Below are positions 1 to 12,321 of a stretch of 64,000 bases of DNA, in pieces (the stretch's first letter is position 1; every line of letters begins with the position of its first letter). The notes beneath the pieces were generated by a model. It searched no databases and was not told where the DNA came from. It saw only the letters and a list, made by a program, of their open reading frames with translations. Both the position numbers and the translations under genes were made by a program. Source of the stretch: Octopus sinensis (lineage: Eukaryota). Location: positions 70,866,001 to 70,930,000 of the forward strand of contig NC_042997.1 in assembly GCF_006345805.1 (NCBI RefSeq), given 5' to 3'.

Positions 1-16
1 GGAGAATAAAGTATTA

Positions 17-266
17 TTAGGTTGGTGCATAATTATTGCTGCTTATTTCAACTAATTTTATTCAGCAAAAACAATAACAACACGTAACAAAAACATCTTT
101 AAATGAATATTCCGGAGCATATTCACCATCTACTTCAATTACTGCTTCCCATTTGCTTGGCAGACGGTCAGACCATCATTTGAAGATGTTTTTATTAAAT
201 ACTGTTATTGCTTTTGTTGAATAAAATTTGTTGAATAAAATCCGCAATAATTATGCACCAGCCCAA
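17..266 (-). mobile_element. Mariner-derived MITE (internally deleted)
   Basis: TIRs TTAGGTTGGTGCATAATTATTGC (from 17) and its near-perfect reverse complement (244-266, 2 mismatches), TA on both sides. Interior minus strand reads RLPSKWEAVIEVDGEY, like a mariner transposase C-terminus. Confidence 0.85.
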
Positions 267-292
267 TATTATGATATATTATTGTATAGCTA

Positions 293-1530
293 TCTATTAT
301 ATAAAAGTCAATGTCAGTGTGTTCGTGTGTTTGTGTGTTACTTATAGACTCTAAAACTCCTGGATCGAGTCTAATGAAATTTAGAACACAAAATCCAAGC
401 CTAGGGAGAAGGGTAATGCCGAATGTTTCATACAATTTTGAGGACGCATGAGTGGTTGGCAGAATTCCCGTGAAAATTTATATGCTTCGGATTTTTATGA
501 AATTTGAACCATAGGTATTAGAAATAAAATTTAAATGTACCCAAAATTTCCATTTCTTTGGATGATACTAAGATTCCCTAATGGGGGCTTAACGCACAAG
601 TTTTAGTCATTTTTCATGGACCAAAATTACTGAATGGCTCCTTATGTTTGGAACTTAGATCTAATGCATAAGGGCGGGCGTAATTCAGTGTGTTTGGTTT
701 AAATTTGAGTGGGTTTAAAGAGGGAAGAACACCCCATGAAAATTCATAACTTACCGATGTTGCTGAAATTTCAACTATAGGTAATTGACACAAATCAATA
801 TGCATTCCCAAAGTTTCCGCTTCTCATGAGGATTCTAAGACCCGCTAATGGGGGACTTAGCTTCCAAATTTTAGCCATTTTTTAATGATCCAAAACAAGG
901 TTAAAGTATTGAATGGATCTTTATGAAATTTGAGAATAATATTCTATGCATAAGGGCGGGTGTAATGCAGTTTTTGTATGAAAATAAAGGGGCATAAAAG
1001 AGGCCCTAAGAAAATAACCCCCAAGAAAATTTATGTTTTTGCTGTTGATGAAATTTTAACCATAGATATTACACACAAATGAAGTAATATTCCTAAAACT
1101 TCAACGTCTTAGGAGGTTAGTAAAATCCCTTAATGATGGCTTAACCCCCCACAATTTAGTCATTTTTCCTAAGCCAAGGCGAATACAATTGTAGTCTTGG
1201 AAGCTGTAGAGTTACCCCAGGATATAAGATGACCGTTATTTGTAATACGATGGTACAACAGTGTAATAGTTTGCTTTGAGATATACTTAGCTTGTAATTT
1301 CTGGAATTTAGTGCGTAAATTGTTAAGTAAAGGAGAGGCATCATTTTTATAAGATTCGGATTTTGGAATATGGACATAAAGATGAGTAATATGGATAAAT
1401 ATATCGTAATTAGAATTTTTGTTAATCTCCAAATTTGATGAAATTCGAATCATAGGTAGTCCACTTCATTAAAGAAAAAGTATAAAAGAAAAGTCTAATT
1501 CTTCAATTCCATATGACACGGGCAACGCTA

Positions 1531-1531
<1 letters not shown>
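293..1531 (+). mobile_element. Non-autonomous Helitron-like element with internal subrepeats of about 200-280 bp
   Basis: Begins A|TCTATTATATAAAA and ends GACACGGGCAACGCTAG|T (A/T target, TC...CTAG termini). Three to four diverged internal repeats (gaaattt..accataggt...cccaaa...ctaatgggg...ttagtcatttt). Confidence 0.7.
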
Positions 1532-1564
<33 letters not shown>

Positions 1565-1888
1565 TATATATATACTAAGCAATATATATATATATAGCAT
1601 ATATGTCTGAAAATTTTGTGCATATCAACTCAATATATCTATTCACAAAAGTTTCTGAAAAGTTCGAAACTCGAGTACTAGGTTGTCCATTTCTCTGCCA
1701 TTTTCTAGAGGTAAGACGAATGTTTTTATAATCGCTGCCCGCACACATCTTGCCTCTATAGTGGCACAACAAGGTACCAATTTTTGCTGGAAATGGCAGT
1801 CGATAATCATTCGACGCTAGGTAAAGTTTCACTGAATCGACTGCTATTTTCAGCAAAAATTGGTATCTTTTGTGCCACTATTACCTAT

Positions 1889-1972
<84 letters not shown>

Positions 1973-2899
1973 TATATATATAATGTATATGTCCTAAATC
2001 CTCTTCCGGAAGGAAATAGCTCGGAATGCTTTTCATTAAATAATTAAATAAAAAAATAAACAAAATCTGCCAAAATGTATTTTCGACTGTCCATACGATG
2101 AGATTACTGAATGTCCGCATGAGTCCAGAATACAGATTATTTGAACTATAGACTTCTCGATGGGCACCTACTATAACGATATTCCCGTGCTTTCATTGTG
2201 GTTTGAAACTAGCGAGAAAAACACTTTTTTCTTCTTACTTGAAACAGCTGCTTTGGCTATGAAATCTTATTTCTTCGTAAAGAAAATCATTCAAACAGAC
2301 AAGCACCACTCGGTACTTTCTTTTCGCGGCATAAAAATTTGAGAAGAAACAGACATTGACTTTTACTCCCCAGCAGGTTTTCTCTCCACTCTTCTTTCTT
2401 ACCTTTCTACTTCTATTGCTATTTGACAGGGATTTTTTAAAATCATTTTTATTTGTTTTCTCTCTTCTGTTTTCTTCTCCCCACCTTCACCTCACTCTCG
2501 TTCACCCATCTTTTCTTTTGTGTTGTTTTTTGGCAGTTGAATGGTAAATAGATATTTAACTGTAATTGTTATTACACACGAGATATTTCTGTAGAGCTTT
2601 GCTTTCTAACTTTTAGTCAGTGACGATCTTCTTTGCAAAAATTGTTACATTGTTTTCTGTTTCAGCCATTGTTTTTGTTGTTTTATTTTTGTACTTTTGC
2701 AGATGAAAATTTTTTTCACAGACAGGCTACTTCTATGAAATTATGTATGTTTGTATGTACGTATGGGTTCATATATGGGTGCGTGGTAGTCGGTTGATGT
2801 TTACATGTGTGTACGTGTGTATACAAGTAATTATGTATGCATTTGCGAGTTGCTATCTTCATGTGTGCATGAAAATGCGTGTTTATGCGCGCGCGCCTG

Positions 2900-2930
<31 letters not shown>

Positions 2931-3672
2931 TGTGTGTGTGTATGTGTGTGTGTGTGTGCGTGGGTCCGTATGTCTTGCGTGGCAGTGGATTTGTTATATT
3001 TCCTTGAGCTATAGCTTGAATTCTATCTATTCTCATTGATGTTTAGTAAAAAAACCATATTGATAGATTTGCGATGTATTCTTGTCCTATCTTCCTCCCC
3101 TTTTCCTCCCCTATTTTTTCCATTTTCCTCATACGCATTCATCTCACAGTTCTTGTCTGGATTTTGTTTTATGAGTGTCTTGCAAAAAACATGCGCAAAC
3201 TACACATAAACACAAGCACACAAACACACAAAACATACACAACAACAACCTATACAATTTGTTTTCTTTCTGTTTCTTGACATTAGATTTACATGCCAAA
3301 CTCACTAAGTCTATCGATCTTTATACGTTCACAATTTTCTATATACACAGACGCACGCACGTACACAGGCTTACATAAACACATATACTAGCATGTATGC
3401 AGATGTATTTTTGTGTACGTGTATATCATAAGTATTGTTCAGTGATTAAGAAGATGGTTTCACAACCAAGAGGTTCCGAGTTCGAGAAGACTCAAGCAAA
3501 TAACCAAGTATCTTCCGGCATTGTCTATGCATTACAGATAATAAATGAGGAACATTTGACAGTCCGATACACGCACAAAAAATATATACATATATACATG
3601 CAAACACACACACTCACACATGCAGACACACACACATACACACACACACACACACACACATACATATACATG

Positions 3673-3722
<50 letters not shown>

Positions 3723-3767
3723 AACAATCTTACTTAGAAATGGATGCGTGCGTTCCGTCATATAATA

Positions 3768-4160
3768 AATTAATAAATAAATAAAACATATGCATATATA
3801 CATACATATATGTACGTACCTACCTCTACATGTATATATACATGCATATGTGGGTACAGGACACCAAAAAAACCTCGAACACAATGAGAAACGAAAACAT
3901 TAACACAAAACCAAGGAAATGGACATTTTTCTTAAACAACGAAAATATTGAGTACAGGACATGCAATGTATGTCCTGTACTCTATTTTTTCGTTGTTTAA
4001 GAAAACTGTCCATTTCCTTGGTTTTGTGTTTATGTTTTCGTTTCTCATTGTGTTCGACGTTTTTTTGGTGTCCAGTACCCATATATGCATGTATATATAC
4101 ATGTAGAGGTAGGTACGTACATATATGTATATATGCATATGTTTTATTTATTTATTAATT
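3768..4160. repeat. Long near-perfect palindrome, arms about 195 bp, 7-nt spacer
   Basis: 3768-3962 is the reverse complement of 3970-4160 with only scattered differences; spacer GCAATGT at 3963-3969. Confidence 0.92.
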
Positions 4161-4170
4161 CATATATATA

Positions 4171-4265
<95 letters not shown>

Positions 4266-4711
4266 GATATATATATATAATTATATATATATATATAATA
4301 TATATATATATATATGTATATATATTCACTTGTCTCTCTCTCTCTCTATATATATATAATGTTGAATTATATTTCATCCTTTATTTTCGAAGGTTCCAAA
4401 GATTCTTCAGAATTTTGTGAGAGCAAATATTACATGGAGAGGTATCCTATAGAAACTCAACAAATATGCTAAAAATGGAGAAGAGATGTTAAAATTTCAA
4501 ATTTTAACATCTCTTCTCCACTTTTAACATATTTGTTAAGTTTCTATGGCATACCTTTCCATAAAGTCTCATAACACACCATATACATACATAATACATA
4601 TATACATACATACATTCATACATACAAACATATATATATATATATATATATACATACACACATATATATAATCATATAGATATATATATATATGTATGTA
4701 TATATATATAT

Positions 4712-5000
4712 ATCGTCAATCCCAGCATGAACAAGCAAGAAAGAAACAACAACGCGAGGATGTGGAATAAGTACAGTGTTACTGGACGCTCAGGAAAGAA
4801 ATGAAAGAAAAGAAAGAGGATTTCAGGTTTCGAGTAGAGCTCTTCGTCAGAAATATAGAACAAGTCGAAAGAAGGGAAGACGGAGAAACAAAATCGCCAA
4901 CGATACACAAGCGGTCACATATTGAAATGAACGGAAGGGAATGGGTGAAGAAAAAGTTCTTTGAAAGAGAAGAGAATTCAAAAGAAGGAGGTATGTGAGC
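4712..5000 (-). mobile_element. Penelope-type terminal-repeat-like element with a degenerate hammerhead motif
   Basis: Similar to 55040-55330 and 55390-55600 (aacaacaacgc...gtgg...gctcag...gtttcgag..agctcttc). Minus strand 4854-4820 reads ATTT-CTGACGA-AGAGCTCTACTC-GAAAC-CTG-AAAT. Confidence 0.55.
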
Positions 5001-5424
5001 GCGCAGGTCTGTGCGTCTGAGTAATGATAGCACGTCTATGTGCGTGTGTATGTGTGTATGTGTGTGTGGTTGTGGCTGCTTATGCAAGTGTATGGTTAGA
5101 CATATATAGTAAGAATTTTGGTAGGAGTAGCTGTCTATTGTGTGTCTACCTACACATATGCGGAGGAGAATGTCAGCAGGATCGTATTTAGATGTTAGTT
5201 TGAAGTATATGTGTGCGTGTATTTATATGTAGTGTGTGTGTCTTTTGTTTGCAGTGTGTGTGCATTTATGTGTGTGTACGTGTATGTATGAGTGTACGTG
5301 TGAGTTTGTGTCTGTGGAGTAAATGTACGTATGTGTGTGCTTGTATGTGTGTGAGTGTATGTTAATACATGTATAATTGTATGCGTGTATGCATGAGTGT
5401 GTGCGCGCCGATCTAGAGTCAATC

Positions 5425-5471
5425 ATTACTAATGAAGCAACGGAAACTGCCGAAACTGAATTCAGTATAAT
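5425..5471 (+). ncRNA. Degenerate type I hammerhead ribozyme motif with palindromic stem III
   Basis: ATTA-CTAATGA-AGCAAcggaaaCTGCC-GAAA-(A)CTGAATTCAGT-A-TAAT: stem I ATTA/TAAT, core CTAATGA (G5>A), 12-nt palindrome ACTGAATTCAGT, GTA cleavage triplet. Confidence 0.55.
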
Positions 5472-5649
5472 TCGGATGACTGCAGACACTGTCTGCATAT
5501 ATGTATACAATTATGTGCTCTGATTAATGCATTAGAGCATTTTAGCTCTTATTTATAGCAATATAGGTATGTCTAACACCCTAGTCGTATTTAGTGACTA
5601 TTTTAGTTTTCCTTTTTGGTAAAACATTGTAAAGTGCTCTCTGTTTTAA

Positions 5650-5708
<59 letters not shown>

Positions 5709-5873
5709 CAGGCGCAGAAGTGGGAGGTGTGGTAAGAATCCTGCTTCCTAACCACATGGTTCCCTGTTCAGGACCACTGTGTGACACCTTGGGCAAGTGT
5801 CTACTTCCGTAGCTGCAGGCCGACCAAAGTCTTGTGAGTGACCTGGTAGACGGGAACTGAAAGAAATCTGTCT
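5709..5873 (+). mobile_element. tRNA-derived SINE family A, 5' half
   Basis: Matches 8132-8300 (CAGGCGCAG...GGTTCAGG...CCTTGGGCAAGTGTCT...GGTAGACGG); ends in (CA)n. Confidence 0.85.
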
Positions 5874-5880
5874 TATATAT

Positions 5881-5959
<79 letters not shown>

Positions 5960-5972
<13 letters not shown>

Positions 5973-6420
5973 AAACTGAGAATGTGCGTCTATCTCATTC
6001 AAATTTTACACATGCCTTACTTAGGGTCCGGTGAGTGTCATCGGCAAAAAACATTTTAAAATTTTTGCCTAGGGCGAGTCCACAGCAATATCATATCTCT
6101 CCACTACGATTCCCTAAAACTTGAGAACTACACAACCAATTTCATTCAAATTTTACACATGCCTTACTTAGGGTCCATGTAGTTTCATGGGCAAAAAAAT
6201 GTTCAACTTCTTGCCTAGGGCAAGCCCATAGCAATATCATATCTTCTCCACTATTTCAGTATTACGTGTTAAAAGTGAAACAAAAACATTTCTCTATTTT
6301 ATGTCAGATACTTTCACTTTAACAATAAAAATTAGAGACAATAATAACAATTGAATTATATGTAGTAAGTAGTAATTAAAATCAAACTAAAGTATAATAT
6401 AATCGTAACATAACAAAAGT
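5960..6420 (+). mobile_element. Helitron-like 5' portion with an internal duplication of about 150 bp
   Basis: Starts TATATATATAAAACTGAGAATGTG, similar to the other Helitron 5' ends here; attcaaattttacacatgccttacttagggtcc is repeated at about 5997 and 6144. No adjacent CTAG end. Confidence 0.45.
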
Positions 6421-6629
6421 AAAAATAGCAATTGGTATAAAATTGCATCAATTACTTGAACTTGAATAAGTGGTTTCACATGAATGGGAATAAATTAAAA
6501 ATAAAATAAGCGTGCAGAAATGGAATAGTCCAGATGGAGGTGTGCAATACCCTTTACCACGGCTTTTACATTAGATTATCTGCTAATTAGCAAGCATTAA
6601 GTATCTATATGAAGTTTGGCTGTATGTAA

Positions 6630-7410
6630 TGTCTGTTTTCTCGAACAGCGCTTCTACTGAGTACTGTTATTATTATTACTGTTTAACTATTGTTATCACG
6701 TTTGTTGGTTTTTCGTAAGGGAAACGTTGTTGTGTTGCATTTGTTAAATAATTGTAAACTGTAACACTTCCCCTTTTGGAGAAGGGGCTTTGGTTATTGT
6801 TTAAAAATTGAATTGTGTCCCTGTTTGGGGAAATTGACAATATTTTCACCGTTTACACGGAAGCATTTTTGTTAGAATGCCTTTGATAGAAGAAAGTCCA
6901 AAAATGAATTTCGCTGCAGCCGTCGGCGGGCGCGAACTCATTAAAATTAAAATGGAAGAAATACAAACCTATTTCGGACTGATAACCGACAAAGACAGTG
7001 AATCTAGGATAAAACCACCAAAGGAAAATTAAATTAAAGAAAAGACTATTGTCTATAAAGTATACAATGTAGAGAAAAAAAATTTGAACACCTGGAGGAA
7101 AGCATCATTGAAAAGTGTCTTGATGCGACTATGAAAGATATCTAACCAGAGGCGGTAAATTCGCCACAATAGAAGCAAGGTTCGAGTCAACGGAGCGTGC
7201 AAGGGAGTGCTCGTCTCGAACCTTGCAAAGTGGAAATATTTTATTTTTACCTTTATATCTGGGACATAGAACGTCCCGGATAAAAATTTAAAATGTCCCT
7301 CCAGAAGTAGAGGTAGGCTGGATTGTAGCCACACTTCTAAACAAGAGGGAGGACAAGATACAATTAATCGAAATTGCAAGAGACGGGCCTACAATTCCAG
7401 TCTGTTATAT
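6630..7410 (+). mobile_element. 5' fragment of a LINE (Tx1/L1-like ORF1), disrupted
   Basis: ATG at 6904 (MNFAAAVGGRELIKIK...) and frame GGKFATIEARFESTERARECSSRTLQSGNILFLPLYLGHRTSRIKI*NVPPEVEVGWIVATLL, which resembles the RRM-like region of Tx1-clade ORF1. Family assignment is from recall. Confidence 0.5.
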
Positions 7411-7534
7411 ATTTTGAGTATTGTTATCAGTAGTGATATCAAGATATAACTTTGTATTTTGTATTTTATGTGTAGATGTATATATATAGGTGTACATGTA
7501 ATATGTACACATATATATACACATATATACATGC

Positions 7535-7572
7535 ACTAGCACTATGACCCGGCAACGACGGGTCATAATGCT

Positions 7573-7575
<3 letters not shown>
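7535..7575. repeat. 41-bp palindrome made of two Helitron-type 3' termini
   Basis: ACTAGCAcTATGACCCG-gcaacga-CGGGTCATAaTGCTAGT: 17-bp arms, 1 mismatch, CTAG at both ends. Confidence 0.75.
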
Positions 7576-7611
<36 letters not shown>

Positions 7612-7620
7612 GCATATGCC

Positions 7621-7797
7621 TGTGTCTATCCTCTCACCATCGCCTGACAACCGATGTTTGTGCGTTTACGTCCCCAAAACGTAACGGTTCGGCAAGTACT
7701 AGACTTACAGAGAATAAGTCCTGGGATCTATTTGCTCGACTAAAGGCGGTGCTCCAGCATGCCCGCAGTCAAATGACTGAAATAATTAAAAGAATAC
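7621..7797 (+). mobile_element. SINE family A, 3' half
   Basis: TGACAACCGATG...GCTCGACTAAAGGCGGTGCTCCAGCAT...CAGTCAAATGACTGAAA matches 8370-8530. Confidence 0.85.
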
Positions 7798-8131
7798 ATA
7801 TATATATATATATATGGATCTTATATATATATTTGGTATGTATTTATACTTGTGCGTGTATATGTTCGTGTATATACCAACATATGTGCATGTGGGTATA
7901 TGATCCCAAATCGATTAAATTCTGAAACGATTGTACATTATAGATTAGTTTCTCTCCGTTATTTAGAGAAGTCTGAAGCGCTTTTGGAACTCTCGGTTCA
8001 GTGATGTGGATCATGTACGCCACATTCCACAAGATTTACACCTATTAATGACTGAACTGTTAAAATTTATTCTTCTGAGTACTGCTTCATGCGAGAGCAG
8101 GTTCACTAAAATAAGCTTGATAATGACACAT

Positions 8132-8550
8132 ACAGGCGCAGGAGTGGCTGTGTGGTAAGAAGCTTGCTAACCAACCACATGGTTCCGGGTTCAGTCCCAC
8201 TGCGTGGCATCTTGGGCAAGTGTCTTCTGCTATAGCCCCGGGCCGACCAATGCCTTGTGAGTGGATTTGGTAGACGGAAACTGAAAGAAGCCTGTCGTAT
8301 ATATGTATATATATATATATAAGTGTGCGTGTATATGTTTGTGTGTCTGTTTTTGTCCCCCTAGCATTGCTTGACAACCGATGCTGGTGCGTTTACGTCC
8401 CCGTCACTTAGCGGTTCGGCAAAAGAGACCGATAGAATAAGTACTGGGCTTACAAAGAATAAGTCCCGTGGTCGATTTGCTCGACTAAAGGCGGTGCTCA
8501 AGCATGGCCGCAGTCAAATGACTGAAACAAGTAAAAGAGTAAAAAGAGAG
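8132..8550 (+). mobile_element. SINE family A, full length
   Basis: tRNA-like head (A box TGGCTGTGTGG, B box GGTTCAGTCCC), central (AT)/(GT) microsatellite, 3' tail ending AAGTAAAAGAGT; nearly identical to 28499-28898 and 55730-56090. Confidence 0.92.
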
Positions 8551-9787
8551 TATACTCATGAAATCTCATAAATCATGTATCAGGACTTATGTTATACTGA
8601 CCCTCTCTAGTTTATTAGAATTTTGAGTCGTATGTCGCATAATAGCTGCATTACCACAGGTCAATAGGTAACACCAGGACATCATTGTATCATTTCTCAT
8701 TGATTCTATGTCTAGAACAATTAATTTTACATTGGTAAAATACATGATTAATCTCTTCTTTATTCACTTAATAAGTATATCGTATGAGGAATAATGACAC
8801 CATTTCTACACCTGTGCAATATTTTACCATATTATTGGAGAAAGTATTGCACTTTTACCCTGAAATATAGTAACAGATATAATTTCGTCAATGTGTTAAG
8901 TGTCAGTGTTTGTTAGGTGCAATACATATGTCTGTGTTAACGTAGAGGACATAGAAAATGGCAAGCATTTTATGAGCATCCTGTATACGTATGGGTGCAA
9001 TAAACCAGACTACAAAACGCGTTGCATATGCGATTGAAAATCTAGTTAGTTTTTGCTGCGAAAGACCTTTTTTTATGTGTTTAAGACACACTTAATAAAA
9101 AATGCATCTTCAGGAAGCAGACTGTTGCAGCTTAAAGATCCCTTCGAGTTTTGACATGCTTATTACAGCCGATGCAGTCTGAAATGGGTTAAAATCTAAG
9201 GAATCGCATAACGTAAAATACAGCGGTGATAATATGAAAAAGTAGTAACAGATATTTTATGCCTATATTATATACTTTACTTCAGAAGGAAGGCTGCTTG
9301 TAGTTAAAATGATCAAGAAATATATCATTACTAAATCCAAGTGTATTTAGTTTTTCATGAAACCAAAAAAATTTCGTCTTATGTTCTCTGAATTCTATCT
9401 AAATCTCTGCAATATAGTCTAATGCTTAAAAATCAGTGAAAAATTATGAAGTTAGAAGTTTGATATTATTGAGAATGTTGGTTTCAGTTAAATTCCAAGC
9501 CGAAGTTTGAGGTTTTTGCAAGTTTGGCAGTTTTCAACCTCAGCATTGTTGTGGCATGTGCACTTTCGTCAAAAATAATCACAATATATTATTCTATTAT
9601 TTGTAAAATATTGTGATATTTTAAGAAAAAAGTAACCGAATTAATTATGTAGTGCATCCTGCCGTTTATAACGTTACTACTTCAAGGAATCAACAGCTTT
9701 AACCCATAATTTGGGATAAGAGTAATATGCGAATCTGTTTCACATTTTTATAGTTATATTACACACACGTCTGTGTAATAAAACATG

Positions 9788-10536
<749 letters not shown>

Positions 10537-10550
10537 TAAAATTGTAGAAG

Positions 10551-11280
10551 CATAAGTTCTGTCCGAATTTTGAATAAAGAAAATAAGTGATCAAATGTTA
10601 CATTTAATTGAAATTTAATCATCGATGTACTTTCCCTGATTATCTATGACTTCCTTCCATCTATTAACAAACTTTTTAATCCCATCAATGTAAAACTCTT
10701 TTGGTTTCAAAGCGAAGAACTCTCAAATGTCAGTTTCCTGGCTTGCGAAAGTTATGTCCCCCAAATGATTCTGTAAACTACGAAACAAATGGTAGTCTAC
10801 AGGAGCAAGGTCAGGAGAATAAGGTGGATGAGGAATTTTTTCCCAACCAAGCTCTTCGCTCTTCTGTGTTCTGATCTTTGCAGTGTGGGGTCGCGCATTG
10901 TTCTGATGAAACATCACTCCTTTTCGAATCAATAAAGCGGGTCTTTTTCTCTTCAAAGCTTGGTTCAAACGCTCTAATTGCTGACGGTAGACGAGCATTG
11001 ATTCTTACATTAGGTGGTAACAGTTCAAAGGGAATTACTCCTTTGCAATCCTCCAGATAAAGAGAAGAAGCTTTTCCCCATGAAGTTCCCTTTTCGGTTG
11101 TGGTTGAGCCTTTTCCCTTTTACCAAACCACTGTTTACATTTAACATTTCGATAGAAGATCCAGTTTTCGTCACCAGTGACAAGTCAATCAAAAGAGAGT
11201 GAAATGAGTTCGCGAGAATGGAGAGAAGAGCAGATGTCAACTTGGGATTTGCAGTCGTTTTCGGATAATTCAAGAGGCAC
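10551..11280 (-). mobile_element. Mariner transposase pseudogene (catalytic region and 3' end)
   Basis: Frameshifted LVTGDENWIFY, HQNNARPH and PHPPYSPDLAPVDYHLFRSLQ motifs. Confidence 0.88.
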
Positions 11281-11284
11281 CCAC

Positions 11285-11565
11285 TTCCACCAGGGTCCCC
11301 AGATTTCAATATTGTTGAACATTTATGGTTCATTTTAGAAAAACAAGTAAAGAGTCGATATCCTCCACCATCATCACTACAGGAACTGAAGAGTGTTTTA
11401 GCTGAAGAATGGACAAAAATTCCTTTGGAAACAATTCAAACTTTGTACGGGTCCATATCTCGTAGAATTCAAACTGTAATTACCTGTCAAAGGCGGTCTT
11501 TCACCATATTAAAATAAATTTGTTTGAAATTTTAAGGTGTTTCCATTATTTTGTCCAACCCCAGT
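11285..11565 (+). mobile_element. Tc1-like transposase 3' fragment with right TIR
   Basis: PPGSPDFNIVEHLWFILEKQVKSRYPPPSSLQELKSVLAEEWTKIP; ends GTTTCCATTATTTTGTCCAACCCCAG|TA. Confidence 0.8.
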
Positions 11566-12253
11566 ATATATGCAAGCATGTATGTATGCATTAATTCTTT
11601 GTGATATGTGATACTCAAGTGCCTCTGTGGCACTCTTTAGGGTCGACGCATTGTCTTCTTTTATGGAACAATAGGAGTGATACAAAAATATTTCTTTGGT
11701 AATATATATCTGTGTCTATGTGTGTACGCGCGTGTGGTGTGCGTGCGTGCGTGTGCGTGCGTGCGTGTGCGTGCGTGCGTGTGCGTGCGTGTTTATATAT
11801 ATAATAGGATACTGTTTAGGTACAAATGAATATTGGCAATAGATTTCAACTCAAAAATTATGAATTATGAATTTTATATTGCATTTACTCGGTTATTCAG
11901 TTTCTGCGTGAAGATACGTTATCTAGTAATTTGCTGTCTTTCTTGCTGTCTATCAAGATTGTGACACCAACGTAGATGTCTTCTCTATACTAAACGTTTT
12001 TCCGTCCTGCAAATTCAATTTGAACTCTTCCCACAAGTTTTCGAAAGCTATCACCAACGGATCTGTCATCAAGATTTCAGTAAATGACATAACCGGGAAA
12101 CTGATTGAATGCCAGAAAGAATACTAAACCACCACTGTAAAACAGGAAGGTCAAAGAGGGCTGGAATGTTGCTAATACCATTGCAGTGATACTGGGGACA
12201 AACCCCCTGTTATCGTAGCCCACTAACATATATATATATACATACACACACAT

Positions 12254-12321
<68 letters not shown>

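Noticed and set aside
8903-9091. ORF with KKGLSQQKLTRF...VVWF, superficially like a homeodomain helix 2-3
   Set aside because: It lacks RTSF, HNPDAKDLKQL and WFQN, and the spacing does not fit.
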